The notes beneath the pieces are model-generated. The model did no database searches. It saw nothing but the letters and a program-made list of their open reading frames with translations, and was not told the DNA's origin. Source: a virus (Duplodnaviria > Caudoviricetes). From it: a stretch of 64,000 bases of DNA. Shown piece by piece: positions 53,318 to 61,900 of the stretch; positions within the stretch are counted from its first letter, which is position 1, and the number at the start of each line of letters is the position of its first letter. Location of the stretch: the IMG/VR virus record IMGVR_UViG_3300028591_000081, positions 128,001 to 192,000 of that record. One strand, written 5' to 3'. The translations under genes were made by a program, and so were the position numbers.

Positions 53318-54061
53318 CTAGTCTCGACGGATTTCAAAGATACCGTCATCTGTCTGAACGAACTCTAAGTCCATCTGGATGTCACGGCCAAATGCTTCAT
53401 AATCGAAGTAGCGTTCCTGATTCTCTTTACCGACGCCATCCCAACCGAGCTGATCCACGACTTCACGACCGATTTCTTCATCATCGGCACGGTCATCACC
53501 ACACCAGTACTCTCCGGCGGTCTCAGGATCTTCCGATTCCATAGGATAGTACTCCAGACGAATATCCCGTCCATACGCCTCATAATCGAAGTAATTCTCA
53601 ACGTTCCTCAACTCACTGAATCCTATGGAATCCACATAGTAGGCACCGATCTCCTCATCCATCTTATGGGACAGTCTCTCATCGCTAATCTTCACCACGG
53701 AATCATTTGCGATGAGGTCTAAAGCGTCACGAAAGTCACCAGAGTATTCCATCGCGGCCTTGAACTCTTCTTCCTTGTCGTCGTCCACGATACTCTCAAG
53801 GGCCTCGGCATACTCATTGACATCATCGAGACTCATGTATTCACCGAGTCCATCCAGATCCACCCAGTCATAGTCCGTGTCCCAATCGGTGAAAAACCAC
53901 TCTTCATAGACAGAACCGTCTCCACGATCTTCCCCAATACCTACCTTCTTCAGACTGTCTTTGAAGTCGTCCTCATCACACGGAAAGGAAACCCACACAT
54001 AGTCCAAGTCGCCTTCGTTATACTTGCCGAGATTCGTCAATGCACCACGTAATACGTCCAT
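53318..54061 (-). CDS. ardA: Antirestriction protein ArdA-like (extended, 247 aa)
   Basis: TNLGKYNEG.L..WVSFP, YEEWFFTDWD, LGEYMSLDDVNE, YFDYEA(Y/F)GRDI twice; very acidic. Confidence 0.88.
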   Translation of the reverse strand: MDVLRGALTNLGKYNEGDLDYVWVSFPCDEDDFKDSLKKVGIGEDRGDGSVYEEWFFTDWDTDYDWVDLDGLGEYMSLDDVNEYAEALESIVDDDKEEEFKAAMEYSGDFRDALDLIANDSVVKISDERLSHKMDEEIGAYYVDSIGFSELRNVENYFDYEAYGRDIRLEYYPMESEDPETAGEYWCGDDRADDEEIGREVVDQLGWDGVGKENQERYFDYEAFGRDIQMDLEFVQTDDGIFEIRRD

Positions 54062-54129
54062 AATCAGTTCTCCTGTATGTTAAGATCTCTCGCCTACTGG
54101 TGGAGAATACGTCAAAACACATTGAAGTT

Positions 54130-54168
54130 TGATACCACCAAAGCTAAGGAAAATCCTCATCAGCACCA
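54130..54168 (-). promoter_or_regulatory. Phage promoter motif TGGTGCTGA-N22-TGGTATCA (toward ardA)
   Basis: Recurrent motif, back-to-back with a plus-strand copy. Confidence 0.7.
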
Positions 54169-54179
54169 CAAAAGAGATA

Positions 54180-54219
54180 TGGTGCTGAGCTGAGTAACAA
54201 ACACAGCTCTATGATAAAC
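54180..54219 (+). promoter_or_regulatory. Phage promoter motif TGGTGCTGA-N23-TGATAAAC
   Basis: Recurrent motif. Confidence 0.65.
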
Positions 54220-54270
54220 TCATCAGGTATTAGGTATGGCATGACGCCAACCTTGCTATGGAGTATCGCC

Positions 54271-54660
54271 ATGATAGAATTTGTGTCGTATGATGGAAAG
54301 TTTCCAACCCTGTGTGAAGGGCTTCTTGTGGTTAGAATAGACGGTAAGCTGTACGCATTCTGCCCGTACCCAAACGAATCCCTGTACAGATCGTTCTGGA
54401 ACCGTTTAGACCGAATGGAAGTCCTTGAGGATGACAATATCACCAAAGTGTTCGGTTTTTATCTGGAGTCAGGTGGGTACATTGACTGGGGTGATGACAG
54501 AGAAAGTCCAAAGATCGTAGAAGGAAAGTGGACAATCGACGACGAAACCATGAAGCTGGAGAATGGTGTACGGTTTATCCTATCAGGCGAACAGAAGTCA
54601 GAACTCGAAAAAGTGATCAACCAGAACATCGAATTTGGATGCTGTGGAGGATGTGTCTGA
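54271..54660 (+). CDS. Hypothetical phage protein with C-terminal GCCGGCV
   Basis: GGAG RBS before ATG 54271; YDGKFPTLCEG and GCCGGC. Confidence 0.7.
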   Translation: MIEFVSYDGKFPTLCEGLLVVRIDGKLYAFCPYPNESLYRSFWNRLDRMEVLEDDNITKVFGFYLESGGYIDWGDDRESPKIVEGKWTIDDETMKLENGVRFILSGEQKSELEKVINQNIEFGCCGGCV

Positions 54661-54671
54661 CCTCACAAATA

Positions 54672-54702
54672 AAAAGAGCGACTGGATAATCAGTTGCTCT
54701 TT
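54672..54702. terminator. Bidirectional terminator
   Basis: AAAGAGCGACTG/CAGTTGCTCTTT. Confidence 0.7.
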
Positions 54703-54706
54703 ACAA

Positions 54707-55087
54707 TCATTCCATAGAATGGCCTGAGTAACGATATTTTGAACACCTACGGACTCGTTCAAGAACTTCACTGTGTTTTCCAAACCGATACAGAATTATA
54801 GCGTCATCAAGTATTTCGTAAAGCAACACCCTATCTCCTTGAGGATGACAATCTCTTACATTCACAGCATCCTTTAACCCTCTAACACGGCCTTGTAAAG
54901 GATGGTCATCATACATAGCAGGAAGGGGTTGTCTGTTACCGATCATTCTGACGACGGTGAAGAGAGCTTCAAGGGTGTTTCTGTCCCTATTCTCATTATA
55001 GGATTTCAAATCGGTCTTAAACTGAGAAGATTTGAGCAAATTGAGACTGACCACTCCCACATGACCCAAAAATTGTTCCCACCTCAT
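54707..55087 (-). CDS. yafQ: YafQ/RelE-family mRNA interferase toxin
   Basis: SSQFKTDLK, LP..Y.DHPLQG, RDCH..GDRVLLY, RFGKHSE. Confidence 0.85.
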   Translation of the reverse strand: MRWEQFLGHVGVVSLNLLKSSQFKTDLKSYNENRDRNTLEALFTVVRMIGNRQPLPAMYDDHPLQGRVRGLKDAVNVRDCHPQGDRVLLYEILDDAIILYRFGKHSEVLERVRRCSKYRYSGHSME

Positions 55088-55305
55088 CAGCTCTCTCCGT
55101 CAGCATAGTACTCGGACAGTATGTGTGCACGTTCTGAAAAAGCCTCAAGGGTCTCTTTGTTAGGAACAAACTCATTACCATCCATATATCCTACACAAGG
55201 ATGTCCGTCAGGGTCTTTGGAAGATTCGCAAACCCGTGTTTTTTGACGAACCCTAGAAATGCTCTCTTCTGTAATGTTTTTCCTCTTCCGTATAATCATG
55301 CTCAT
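55087..55305 (-). CDS. Putative antitoxin (DinJ/RelB-type C-terminal motif) with basic leader instead of RHH domain
   Basis: PNKETLEAF motif; TGATG coupling to toxin; N-terminus MSMIIRKRKNITEES. Confidence 0.6.
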   Translation of the reverse strand: MSMIIRKRKNITEESISRVRQKTRVCESSKDPDGHPCVGYMDGNEFVPNKETLEAFSERAHILSEYYADGES

Positions 55306-55325
55306 ACCTCACAAAACGTGGACTA

Positions 55326-55367
55326 AAAGAAATAGCGTGCTGAAATACCCAGCACGCTATTTCTTTT
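55326..55367. terminator. Strong hairpin (terminator-like) overlapping promoter -10
   Basis: AAAAGAAATAGCGTGCTG/CAGCACGCTATTTCTTTT. Confidence 0.7.
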
Positions 55368-55403
55368 ACCATAAAAGGTAACACAGGCGCGTGTTCAGCA
55401 CCA
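55364..55403 (-). promoter_or_regulatory. Phage promoter motif TGGTGCTGA-N23-TGGTAAAA (toward TA pair)
   Basis: Recurrent motif. Confidence 0.65.
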
Positions 55404-55416
55404 CACCAAAGTAGAG

Positions 55417-57198
55417 TTATCTGCCCACTTCTTTGTCAATGAGATCCAGTGCCCAGTTCACGATGTCTGAACAGAGACTGCGCATGTCGTCCTCCCAGTC
55501 ACCAGACCATGTGCATCTAAACTCTTTGTCCTCAATGGACTCAAAGTCACCGTCCACAATCTCCTCAAGTTCCACGTTGTAGACTGCCGTAGCCCGTCCC
55601 GATAATCCGGATTCACGAACATCCAAAGAGAACATTCGATTGTCTTTGGCACCAGAGTCGGTTTCAATGGTGTATGTCCAGCGCGTCAAATCCGAATCCA
55701 ACTGATACGACACATCATACGAGCCGTAGATCTCCTGACAGGAATCGTCGATAATAGTCTCAAGGGAGACCTCCACGGCGTCGTCTTCCACAGTAAGTTC
55801 TTCAAAACGACGCATCCTCGACTCACCGACTTTCACATGGGCATCACCTTTTTTGAGCAACTGATTCGTGGCATACGCAACCAAATCCAGTCCCTTGATA
55901 AGGGAGGCTTTAGTGATTGGCTTACCTGCGTCGATAGCTTTCTGTGCCTTGTCATCCTTTTTCAGGGCCTGACAGAGGAAACGGTAACACCGTTTGTCTG
56001 CGCAATAAAACCCATACCCATAGGCACGCGTAAAGCTGAGACCCATGTCCTGAAGCATCTGAACAATCTCCTGCTGATCCCACCCAGCCTCTGTAAGCTC
56101 AACGATCTGCCCTTTCACCTTAATGAGCACTTTGTCCGGGAAAGTACGTTCCTCCGCCTCATAGAGTCTTACCCTGTTACGAATAATCATACGTTTTTCC
56201 TTTATCCAAGAATCACCAGTACGTAGAGCGTCGAAATCCACAATGGCTTTCGACCCTTCATAGAGGTGCAAATTCCCTTCGTCATCGAGAACCCCACCAT
56301 AGGCACATACCCCGGCCAAATAAGCCGCATCCTGAGAACGTGTTCTGCGATAGGTATCCTTGATTGCGCTGACCATAGGTGTATCATGCCAATAATAATA
56401 CATTCCTGACACCACACCGTCCAGCTCAGGTTTCGGAGAAGTCTTGTCGTAATACGTATTCAGAAGGATCTTGTGTGCCTCCTTGTCCGATACGATGTGG
56501 GTCGATCCCGGTCCACCAAAGATAAAGTCCCAAACATCGATCCGTTTTATACCACTGAGTTTAGCCAAGACAGCACATCCAAAAGCAATCAGGCACTGGG
56601 CATCGCTTTCCGGCATGGATTTTATCCATGAAAGATTGCGTGCCTTTTCTGCAAATTCGTCCAACGAACGGCCCTTGTTGGCCTGTGCAAACGTTACCAT
56701 CTTCACGCCATTGTCCCGTTCGTTGACACCGTGGATTTTCTCGACAGCTCTATGCTTCATGTCACGACGCCCATGTGCAGATTCTTCAACTGACGAAGAC
56801 AGGGCTTTGGACAGTGTCACAAAGTCATCTTCCATCTTGGAAGACAGGTCACGCAACTCATGCGCCACCTTCCCAATATCCCCAGCCTTCAGCGGAGAAT
56901 ACACCATTTCATCATAAGAACGGACATTTTCATCGCAGAAGGCGATCAGGTCTTCCAGCGTTTCGATTCCCTGATTTATCGCATCTTCAAGAAATCCGTT
57001 CTGCAAGCACTGTCTCTTGTAATCGACAAACTCCACATGGAATTCATCCCCAGAGTCAGAAGAGACTCTGTCTACGCGAATCTGGCCCACGGCATCACCA
57101 AGACTGGGTACGATGTAAAACACATCGTCATCCACGCCGTCCAGTGGAACTCCAAGACTCTCCAGACGGTCATACAACCGATCAAATAAATCTTCCAT
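55417..57198 (-). CDS. Hypothetical multidomain protein with three basic linkers
   Basis: EESAHGRRDMKHRAVEK; EKRMIIRNRVRLYEA; ESRMRRFEE. Confidence 0.75.
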   Translation of the reverse strand: MEDLFDRLYDRLESLGVPLDGVDDDVFYIVPSLGDAVGQIRVDRVSSDSGDEFHVEFVDYKRQCLQNGFLEDAINQGIETLEDLIAFCDENVRSYDEMVYSPLKAGDIGKVAHELRDLSSKMEDDFVTLSKALSSSVEESAHGRRDMKHRAVEKIHGVNERDNGVKMVTFAQANKGRSLDEFAEKARNLSWIKSMPESDAQCLIAFGCAVLAKLSGIKRIDVWDFIFGGPGSTHIVSDKEAHKILLNTYYDKTSPKPELDGVVSGMYYYWHDTPMVSAIKDTYRRTRSQDAAYLAGVCAYGGVLDDEGNLHLYEGSKAIVDFDALRTGDSWIKEKRMIIRNRVRLYEAEERTFPDKVLIKVKGQIVELTEAGWDQQEIVQMLQDMGLSFTRAYGYGFYCADKRCYRFLCQALKKDDKAQKAIDAGKPITKASLIKGLDLVAYATNQLLKKGDAHVKVGESRMRRFEELTVEDDAVEVSLETIIDDSCQEIYGSYDVSYQLDSDLTRWTYTIETDSGAKDNRMFSLDVRESGLSGRATAVYNVELEEIVDGDFESIEDKEFRCTWSGDWEDDMRSLCSDIVNWALDLIDKEVGR

Positions 57199-57217
57199 AC
57201 CTACCTCTCTGTTTGTG

Positions 57218-57895
57218 CTATCTCATGCAGTAGAACAAGCTGTGGGATGCTGTGCCCAGCTTCTCTTCAAGGGCCTGTTTCTCGCTATTCCCTTCGCTCC
57301 GTAAATCCCCGGCATTATGAGTTACAGGGGAACCTTGGATCTGAACATGACCAAGAATCTGGGCCTCGCAGAGCTTCACCAAGGCCAGCGAATACTCGAA
57401 ACACCAGTTCACGAAGTTCTCAGGCATATTCTGGACACTCTTTTCCGTGATGGCCTCAACCGTGTAAGGCGGAGACTGCCCGTCAATGTACAGGGTATCC
57501 CCAACCAGACGGAACCCTATGTCGTTGACGGTTTCCTGCAACGTGTTATAAACGAGTTCAGCCGTCAGGGTGTACTCAAGTTTGTCGCTTGAAGACCCGT
57601 TGGTCAGTCCACCGTAGTAAATGTTCGTTCGGTAAATGTCTTCGATGGCGTCTGTATTGGCATCATACGCACTGCCGGGAGAATGCACACGAAGTACCGC
57701 ATACACCAGCTTGTCCGTGAACTTGACTGTGGAAGACGACACAGTGAACATGTCCACAGAGTTCAGGTACGGGGCCGCTTTCCGTATTGCCGCATCGCAC
57801 TGCTGGTTTATCATGTCATCCGTAATGGCGAGATGCACCACTGGATACCCCATCCTAGTCTTTATGTCGCTTATCCACGCCGCACGGTCTAACAT
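57218..57895 (-). CDS. Neck/head-tail adaptor protein (T4 gp13-like)
   Basis: IKTRMGYPVVHLAITDDMI..CDAAI; W..EYSLALVK..AQI..H..G.PV..N..DL..EG..E...LEE.L. Confidence 0.75.
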   Translation of the reverse strand: MLDRAAWISDIKTRMGYPVVHLAITDDMINQQCDAAIRKAAPYLNSVDMFTVSSSTVKFTDKLVYAVLRVHSPGSAYDANTDAIEDIYRTNIYYGGLTNGSSSDKLEYTLTAELVYNTLQETVNDIGFRLVGDTLYIDGQSPPYTVEAITEKSVQNMPENFVNWCFEYSLALVKLCEAQILGHVQIQGSPVTHNAGDLRSEGNSEKQALEEKLGTASHSLFYCMR

Positions 57896-57948
57896 GATAC
57901 CTCCATATCCTTTCCAAACTACACTCTACCTACCTGTCCTAATTTGAT

Positions 57949-59315
57949 ACGACTCGCGAGATTTAGCCCGTTGGTAAGGCGAGCAATTATTCTTGCATAA
58001 AGAATAACTATTTGTTACCTATATGTCTGGGTGGTTAGTCCGACGGGATGAAAAGTGAGTAAGCCTCTCACCCACCACCCTCTAAAACAAAAGGCACGTA
58101 TTCAAGGCTAAATACCAGTATGACTTACAAAGCGTTCAAGTACAGACTCTATCCTACTGCACCACAAGCAGAGAAAATCAACCAGAACATTGGTTGTGCT
58201 AGGTTCGTCTATAACCAACTGCTTGATGACAGGATAAAGGTCTATAAGGAAACAAAGCAAAGGTCAAAGAAGACCTACTGTGACTTGAAGAAAGAGTACG
58301 CTTTCCTTAAAGAAGTTGACAGTCGTGCATTGCTTCATGCAAGAGAAAACTTGGACGCGGCATACGACAAGTTTTTCAAAGAGCCAAGTACAGGCTTTCC
58401 GAAGTTCAAGGCAAAGCATAAGTGTCGCTGGAGTTATACCACGGACAACAACAGTGATGCTGTCAGATTTGATGGTAATCGCCTCAAACTGCCAAAAATC
58501 GGGTACGTCAAAGTTGTTGAACACAGACGGCATGAAGGACGCATTCTAACAGCAACGATAAGTCAAGAACGAAGTGGCGAGTATTATGCTTCTGTTTTAT
58601 GCGAAATTGAACCGTCTGAACCATTGCCAGTCACTGATAAGGTTATCGGAATCGACCTAGGATTACATGATCTCATTGTTTGCTCGGATGGTGAAAGAGT
58701 AGCGTCGCCAAAGCATTTCCGCAAATCAGAACAGAGACTGGCAAAACGACAACGAGCTTTCTCAAGAACTCAGAAAGGAAGCAAGGGACATGAGAAAGCT
58801 CGTTTGAAAGTCGCCCGGTGTCATCAGAAAATAAAGAACCAGAGGAATGATTTCCTCCAAAAGTTGTCCACCAAACTCATTCGCGAAAACCAAGTGATTT
58901 GTTTGGAAGACCTGTCTGTCAAAGGCATGGAACGAAACAAGAAACTGGCTAAGAGTGTATCTGATGCTAGTTTTTCAAAGTTCGTTTCGATGCTTGAGTA
59001 CAAGGCAGAATGGTACGGACGCGAGATAATCAAGATAGATCGTTTTTATCCTAGCACACAGCTTTGCAATGGTTGTGGATACAAGAATGAGTCTATTAAA
59101 GGCTTGAAAGGATTGAAGTTTAGAGAATGGATTTGTCCTGAATGTGGAGAAGTCCATGATCGAGATTTGAACGCCTCAAGAAACATCCTCAAAGAAGGAA
59201 TAAGAGTATTGAACCTACGGAACGTGGGGGATAGCAAGTTTACTGTGCATCACACTGCTTTAGTGTGATGTGCTTGCACTTGAAGCCCACCCGCTTTATC
59301 GGGTGGGTAGTTCAC
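57949..59315 (+). mobile_element. IS200/IS605-family element (tnpB only, IS1341-type)
   Basis: TTGAT at 57944-57948 precedes left end; right-end hairpin CCCACCCG/CGGGTGGG then TTCAC (59311-59315); no tnpA. Confidence 0.8.
58120..59268 (+). CDS. tnpB: TnpB RNA-guided endonuclease
   Basis: KAFKYRLYPT, IGCARFVYN, GIDLGL, ICLEDL, PSTQLCNGCG, WICPECG..HDRDLNASRNI. Confidence 0.95.
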   Translation: MTYKAFKYRLYPTAPQAEKINQNIGCARFVYNQLLDDRIKVYKETKQRSKKTYCDLKKEYAFLKEVDSRALLHARENLDAAYDKFFKEPSTGFPKFKAKHKCRWSYTTDNNSDAVRFDGNRLKLPKIGYVKVVEHRRHEGRILTATISQERSGEYYASVLCEIEPSEPLPVTDKVIGIDLGLHDLIVCSDGERVASPKHFRKSEQRLAKRQRAFSRTQKGSKGHEKARLKVARCHQKIKNQRNDFLQKLSTKLIRENQVICLEDLSVKGMERNKKLAKSVSDASFSKFVSMLEYKAEWYGREIIKIDRFYPSTQLCNGCGYKNESIKGLKGLKFREWICPECGEVHDRDLNASRNILKEGIRVLNLRNVGDSKFTVHHTALV

Positions 59316-59526
59316 TCAAAGCCAGCCACAAAGCAAACCTGAAAGGAAGACTGACCGAACCCTTCTGTCTCGGTTTTGCCGTGAACACACATGCAGAAAA
59401 AGACTCATAGACATACACTCTCGGGCCACGAAAATCCTTATCCTTTCGTACACAATAATGCTGATATTTCTTCAGCTTTCTACGCTGTTTATGCCTAGGC
59501 AAGGTAGTATAAGAGAGCATAAGCAC
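59296..59526 (-). CDS. Small basic protein whose 3' end is altered by the IS insertion
   Basis: GAGG RBS coupled to upstream GT gene; removing the IS restores ...WLALNQIRTGR-stop. Confidence 0.45.
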   Translation of the reverse strand: MLMLSYTTLPRHKQRRKLKKYQHYCVRKDKDFRGPRVYVYESFSACVFTAKPRQKGSVSLPFRFALWLALSELPTR

Positions 59527-59527
59527 C

Positions 59528-60409
59528 TCATCCCTTGGAAGTCTCTGATAGGACTTGGTTCATCCAGTCCTTGATTTCTGTACACGGGACGAATCGAGTT
59601 CGATTTCCGATACTGTGAAGTTCGCCGTACACCGAAGACAGCTTGGAGAGGGTCTTGTTCCGTGTGGATGCCGTATTTCGTTTGCACTTGGCTTTCCACT
59701 CACTCTCCGACTTGTACAGATAATGACCAATAAACACATTCTCGTTGAACGTGAACGTCTTTCGACGGTTGTGCATCGTAGGCGAAACCCCATTCTCGAA
59801 GTAGGCCAAAGAAGAGCCGTTTCGTACCAGAGGATTATGTAAATGATGATAGGGCTGAACCTTTTCAGTCATACCGTAGTACACGTCCTGATCCGTCCGA
59901 ACAAAGGTCTTGATGTAAGCACCACGGGCGTCATACCTATGATACGTCTTGAACTGAAGTCTGGTACAACGCGTCGTATGCGTGTTCAGGTAAGTCTCCG
60001 TGCGCTCCGTCATGGGGTTTTCAGATAGCATGTAGACCCACTCAACCGCTACCTTCTTATACTCCAAAGCATCCATGGCCTCCAAGAACTCATTGACGGA
60101 ATGATGGTATTTATCCCCGATGTAGAGAATCTCATCGTCATCCAGCGGAATGCACCAGCGTGCCCGGGAGTGATTATTTACATGCTCTGTGTACAGCCTA
60201 GACTGGTCTGGGAAACCTCGAACTACGTGGTACTCCACCTTTGGGAAGGATTCGCACAACTCTTTAATCGGCACCGTAGACTCATTGTCATAGACAACAA
60301 TATGATCAAAAGGAATAGCCTCAGAGTACCACCACAACCATAGGCGCAAATCCTCAAGGTTGTATGTCTTGGTCAGAAGCAACACTTCTGACTTGTAGAG
60401 ATTGTCCAT
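59528..60409 (-). CDS. Glycosyltransferase (GT-A fold), paralog of 28044..28925
   Basis: FDHIVVYDNES, WCIPLDDDEIL, IKTFV, GHYLYKSESEW..KC; GGAGG RBS. Confidence 0.85.
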   Translation of the reverse strand: MDNLYKSEVLLLTKTYNLEDLRLWLWWYSEAIPFDHIVVYDNESTVPIKELCESFPKVEYHVVRGFPDQSRLYTEHVNNHSRARWCIPLDDDEILYIGDKYHHSVNEFLEAMDALEYKKVAVEWVYMLSENPMTERTETYLNTHTTRCTRLQFKTYHRYDARGAYIKTFVRTDQDVYYGMTEKVQPYHHLHNPLVRNGSSLAYFENGVSPTMHNRRKTFTFNENVFIGHYLYKSESEWKAKCKRNTASTRNKTLSKLSSVYGELHSIGNRTRFVPCTEIKDWMNQVLSETSKG

Positions 60410-60431
60410 CGTATCCTCCCATTTCAAAAAG

Positions 60432-60465
60432 AAAAGCCCATGCATAAGGTTCATGCATGGGCTTT
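60432..60465 (-). terminator. Intrinsic terminator
   Basis: AAAGCCCATGCAT/ATGCATGGGCTTT with T-tract on minus strand. Confidence 0.75.
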
Positions 60466-60494
60466 CGATATAGAGGTTTTTGACAGAAGAAAGG

Positions 60495-61883
60495 TTACTT
60501 ACGGACGCGTCGGAAACGCTTTCTGGACTCAGCAGGAATGAACCTGCCTTCTCCCGGGAGACCTATACCTACATGACGCTTCGCACGGTCCAACACATCC
60601 CAAATCAGGCTGTTGTGTGTATCACTGATGGCCGCGTTCTCAAAATCGACAAGATCATCCAGAAGTTGTGCAAGTTTCTCAAAGGACTTCAGGAATACCA
60701 CCGCATCGTCATTATCCACCATAACGAACTGGTCATTAAGCTCATTCAGGTAGTCTCGAAGTACTTCAAATGACCACGAATCGCCGGGCATCTTCCAGTT
60801 CACATCAAGGTCATCGTCATAGAGAGCATGAATGCTCTTCTCCAACTGAATCATCTCATAGACCATGGAGTCCATCTTTTGTGCGATGTAATCATACCCA
60901 CGGGCAATCTGTTCTGCGCGAGCAATGTCGGAATCCTTATCCAAATCCCAGAAGGTTGGACTCACATCGTTCGTGAATGCCTCATCCATCCTGTCAACAA
61001 AGTCAAGAATCTTCTCCACAGAGGACTGAATGGAATCTTTGTTACCAAAGAGGTCTTTACCGTTGTACCCAGTCTTCTTGGCAACCCCAGCTTCCTGACG
61101 GATAGAATTACTGCACGCTTTCCAGTCATTGATGAGCTGATCAGAAACCAGTGCGTATTTCTTGTAGTTTCCGAAATACTGTTCCCAGTCCTGAGGCTCC
61201 ACACCCTCGTTGCGTCTTCCCCTGTTACCTCGTTTTCGCCCCTCAAACTCGCTACGCAGGTCTCTGGAAATCTCGTACCGAGCATCATCCCACTCATCAG
61301 ACACACGATTGATTTCTTCCTGAATCGTGTCTCGAATCAAGGACTCCATCTGAGCATCCGAACGAAGTTTCAACGGCCCGCGTTCCTCAAAACACAGATT
61401 TAGCGGAATCGTAATGCTGTCAGCCCACAATGTGGTTCCTGAGTCATTATTCAGAGCCACCGACAGAAAAACATGGGTGGGATACAGACCCAACTGTGAA
61501 TTACGACCGCCTCCGACGTGTAACACACCACCGGAAAGACGCGCAAAATGTCGGTTCAAGTTGCCTACCGTAGCACGGAACAAACTCTCACCTTCCGAAG
61601 AATCACCGCTGACGAAACCACGGATATTGGCAACGGACAGATAACGTCTGGCACTCTCACAGGTATCGCCAAGATCACAGATGTCGAGCATCCGTTTCAT
61701 ATAGGAGATGAATCCTCCTGCGATGGAAGAGATAACTGACGAAGACATGAGTGCGGCCAAGCTGATACCAAGAACGGAACTGCAATATGTCTGGAAACGC
61801 ATGTCTAGCTTCTCGGACATATTGTATTCACTGTGTGCTTCAAAACGTCGTCGTAGGCTTGTATTTTTATGATGAACGATCAT
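60495..61883 (-). CDS. Hypothetical two-domain protein with basic leader, linker and tail
   Basis: MIVHHKNTSLRRRFEA; EFEGRKRGNRGRRNEG; AESRKRFRRVRK; GGAGGAG RBS. Confidence 0.75.
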   Translation of the reverse strand: MIVHHKNTSLRRRFEAHSEYNMSEKLDMRFQTYCSSVLGISLAALMSSSVISSIAGGFISYMKRMLDICDLGDTCESARRYLSVANIRGFVSGDSSEGESLFRATVGNLNRHFARLSGGVLHVGGGRNSQLGLYPTHVFLSVALNNDSGTTLWADSITIPLNLCFEERGPLKLRSDAQMESLIRDTIQEEINRVSDEWDDARYEISRDLRSEFEGRKRGNRGRRNEGVEPQDWEQYFGNYKKYALVSDQLINDWKACSNSIRQEAGVAKKTGYNGKDLFGNKDSIQSSVEKILDFVDRMDEAFTNDVSPTFWDLDKDSDIARAEQIARGYDYIAQKMDSMVYEMIQLEKSIHALYDDDLDVNWKMPGDSWSFEVLRDYLNELNDQFVMVDNDDAVVFLKSFEKLAQLLDDLVDFENAAISDTHNSLIWDVLDRAKRHVGIGLPGEGRFIPAESRKRFRRVRK

Positions 61884-61900
61884 AGACTCCTCCAAAATCA

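Noticed and set aside
55080-55100. Antitoxin-toxin fusion by slippage in GAGAGAG
   Set aside because: Losing 2 nt would fuse them, but the TGATG overlap with a well-spaced GGAG is ordinary TA translational coupling.
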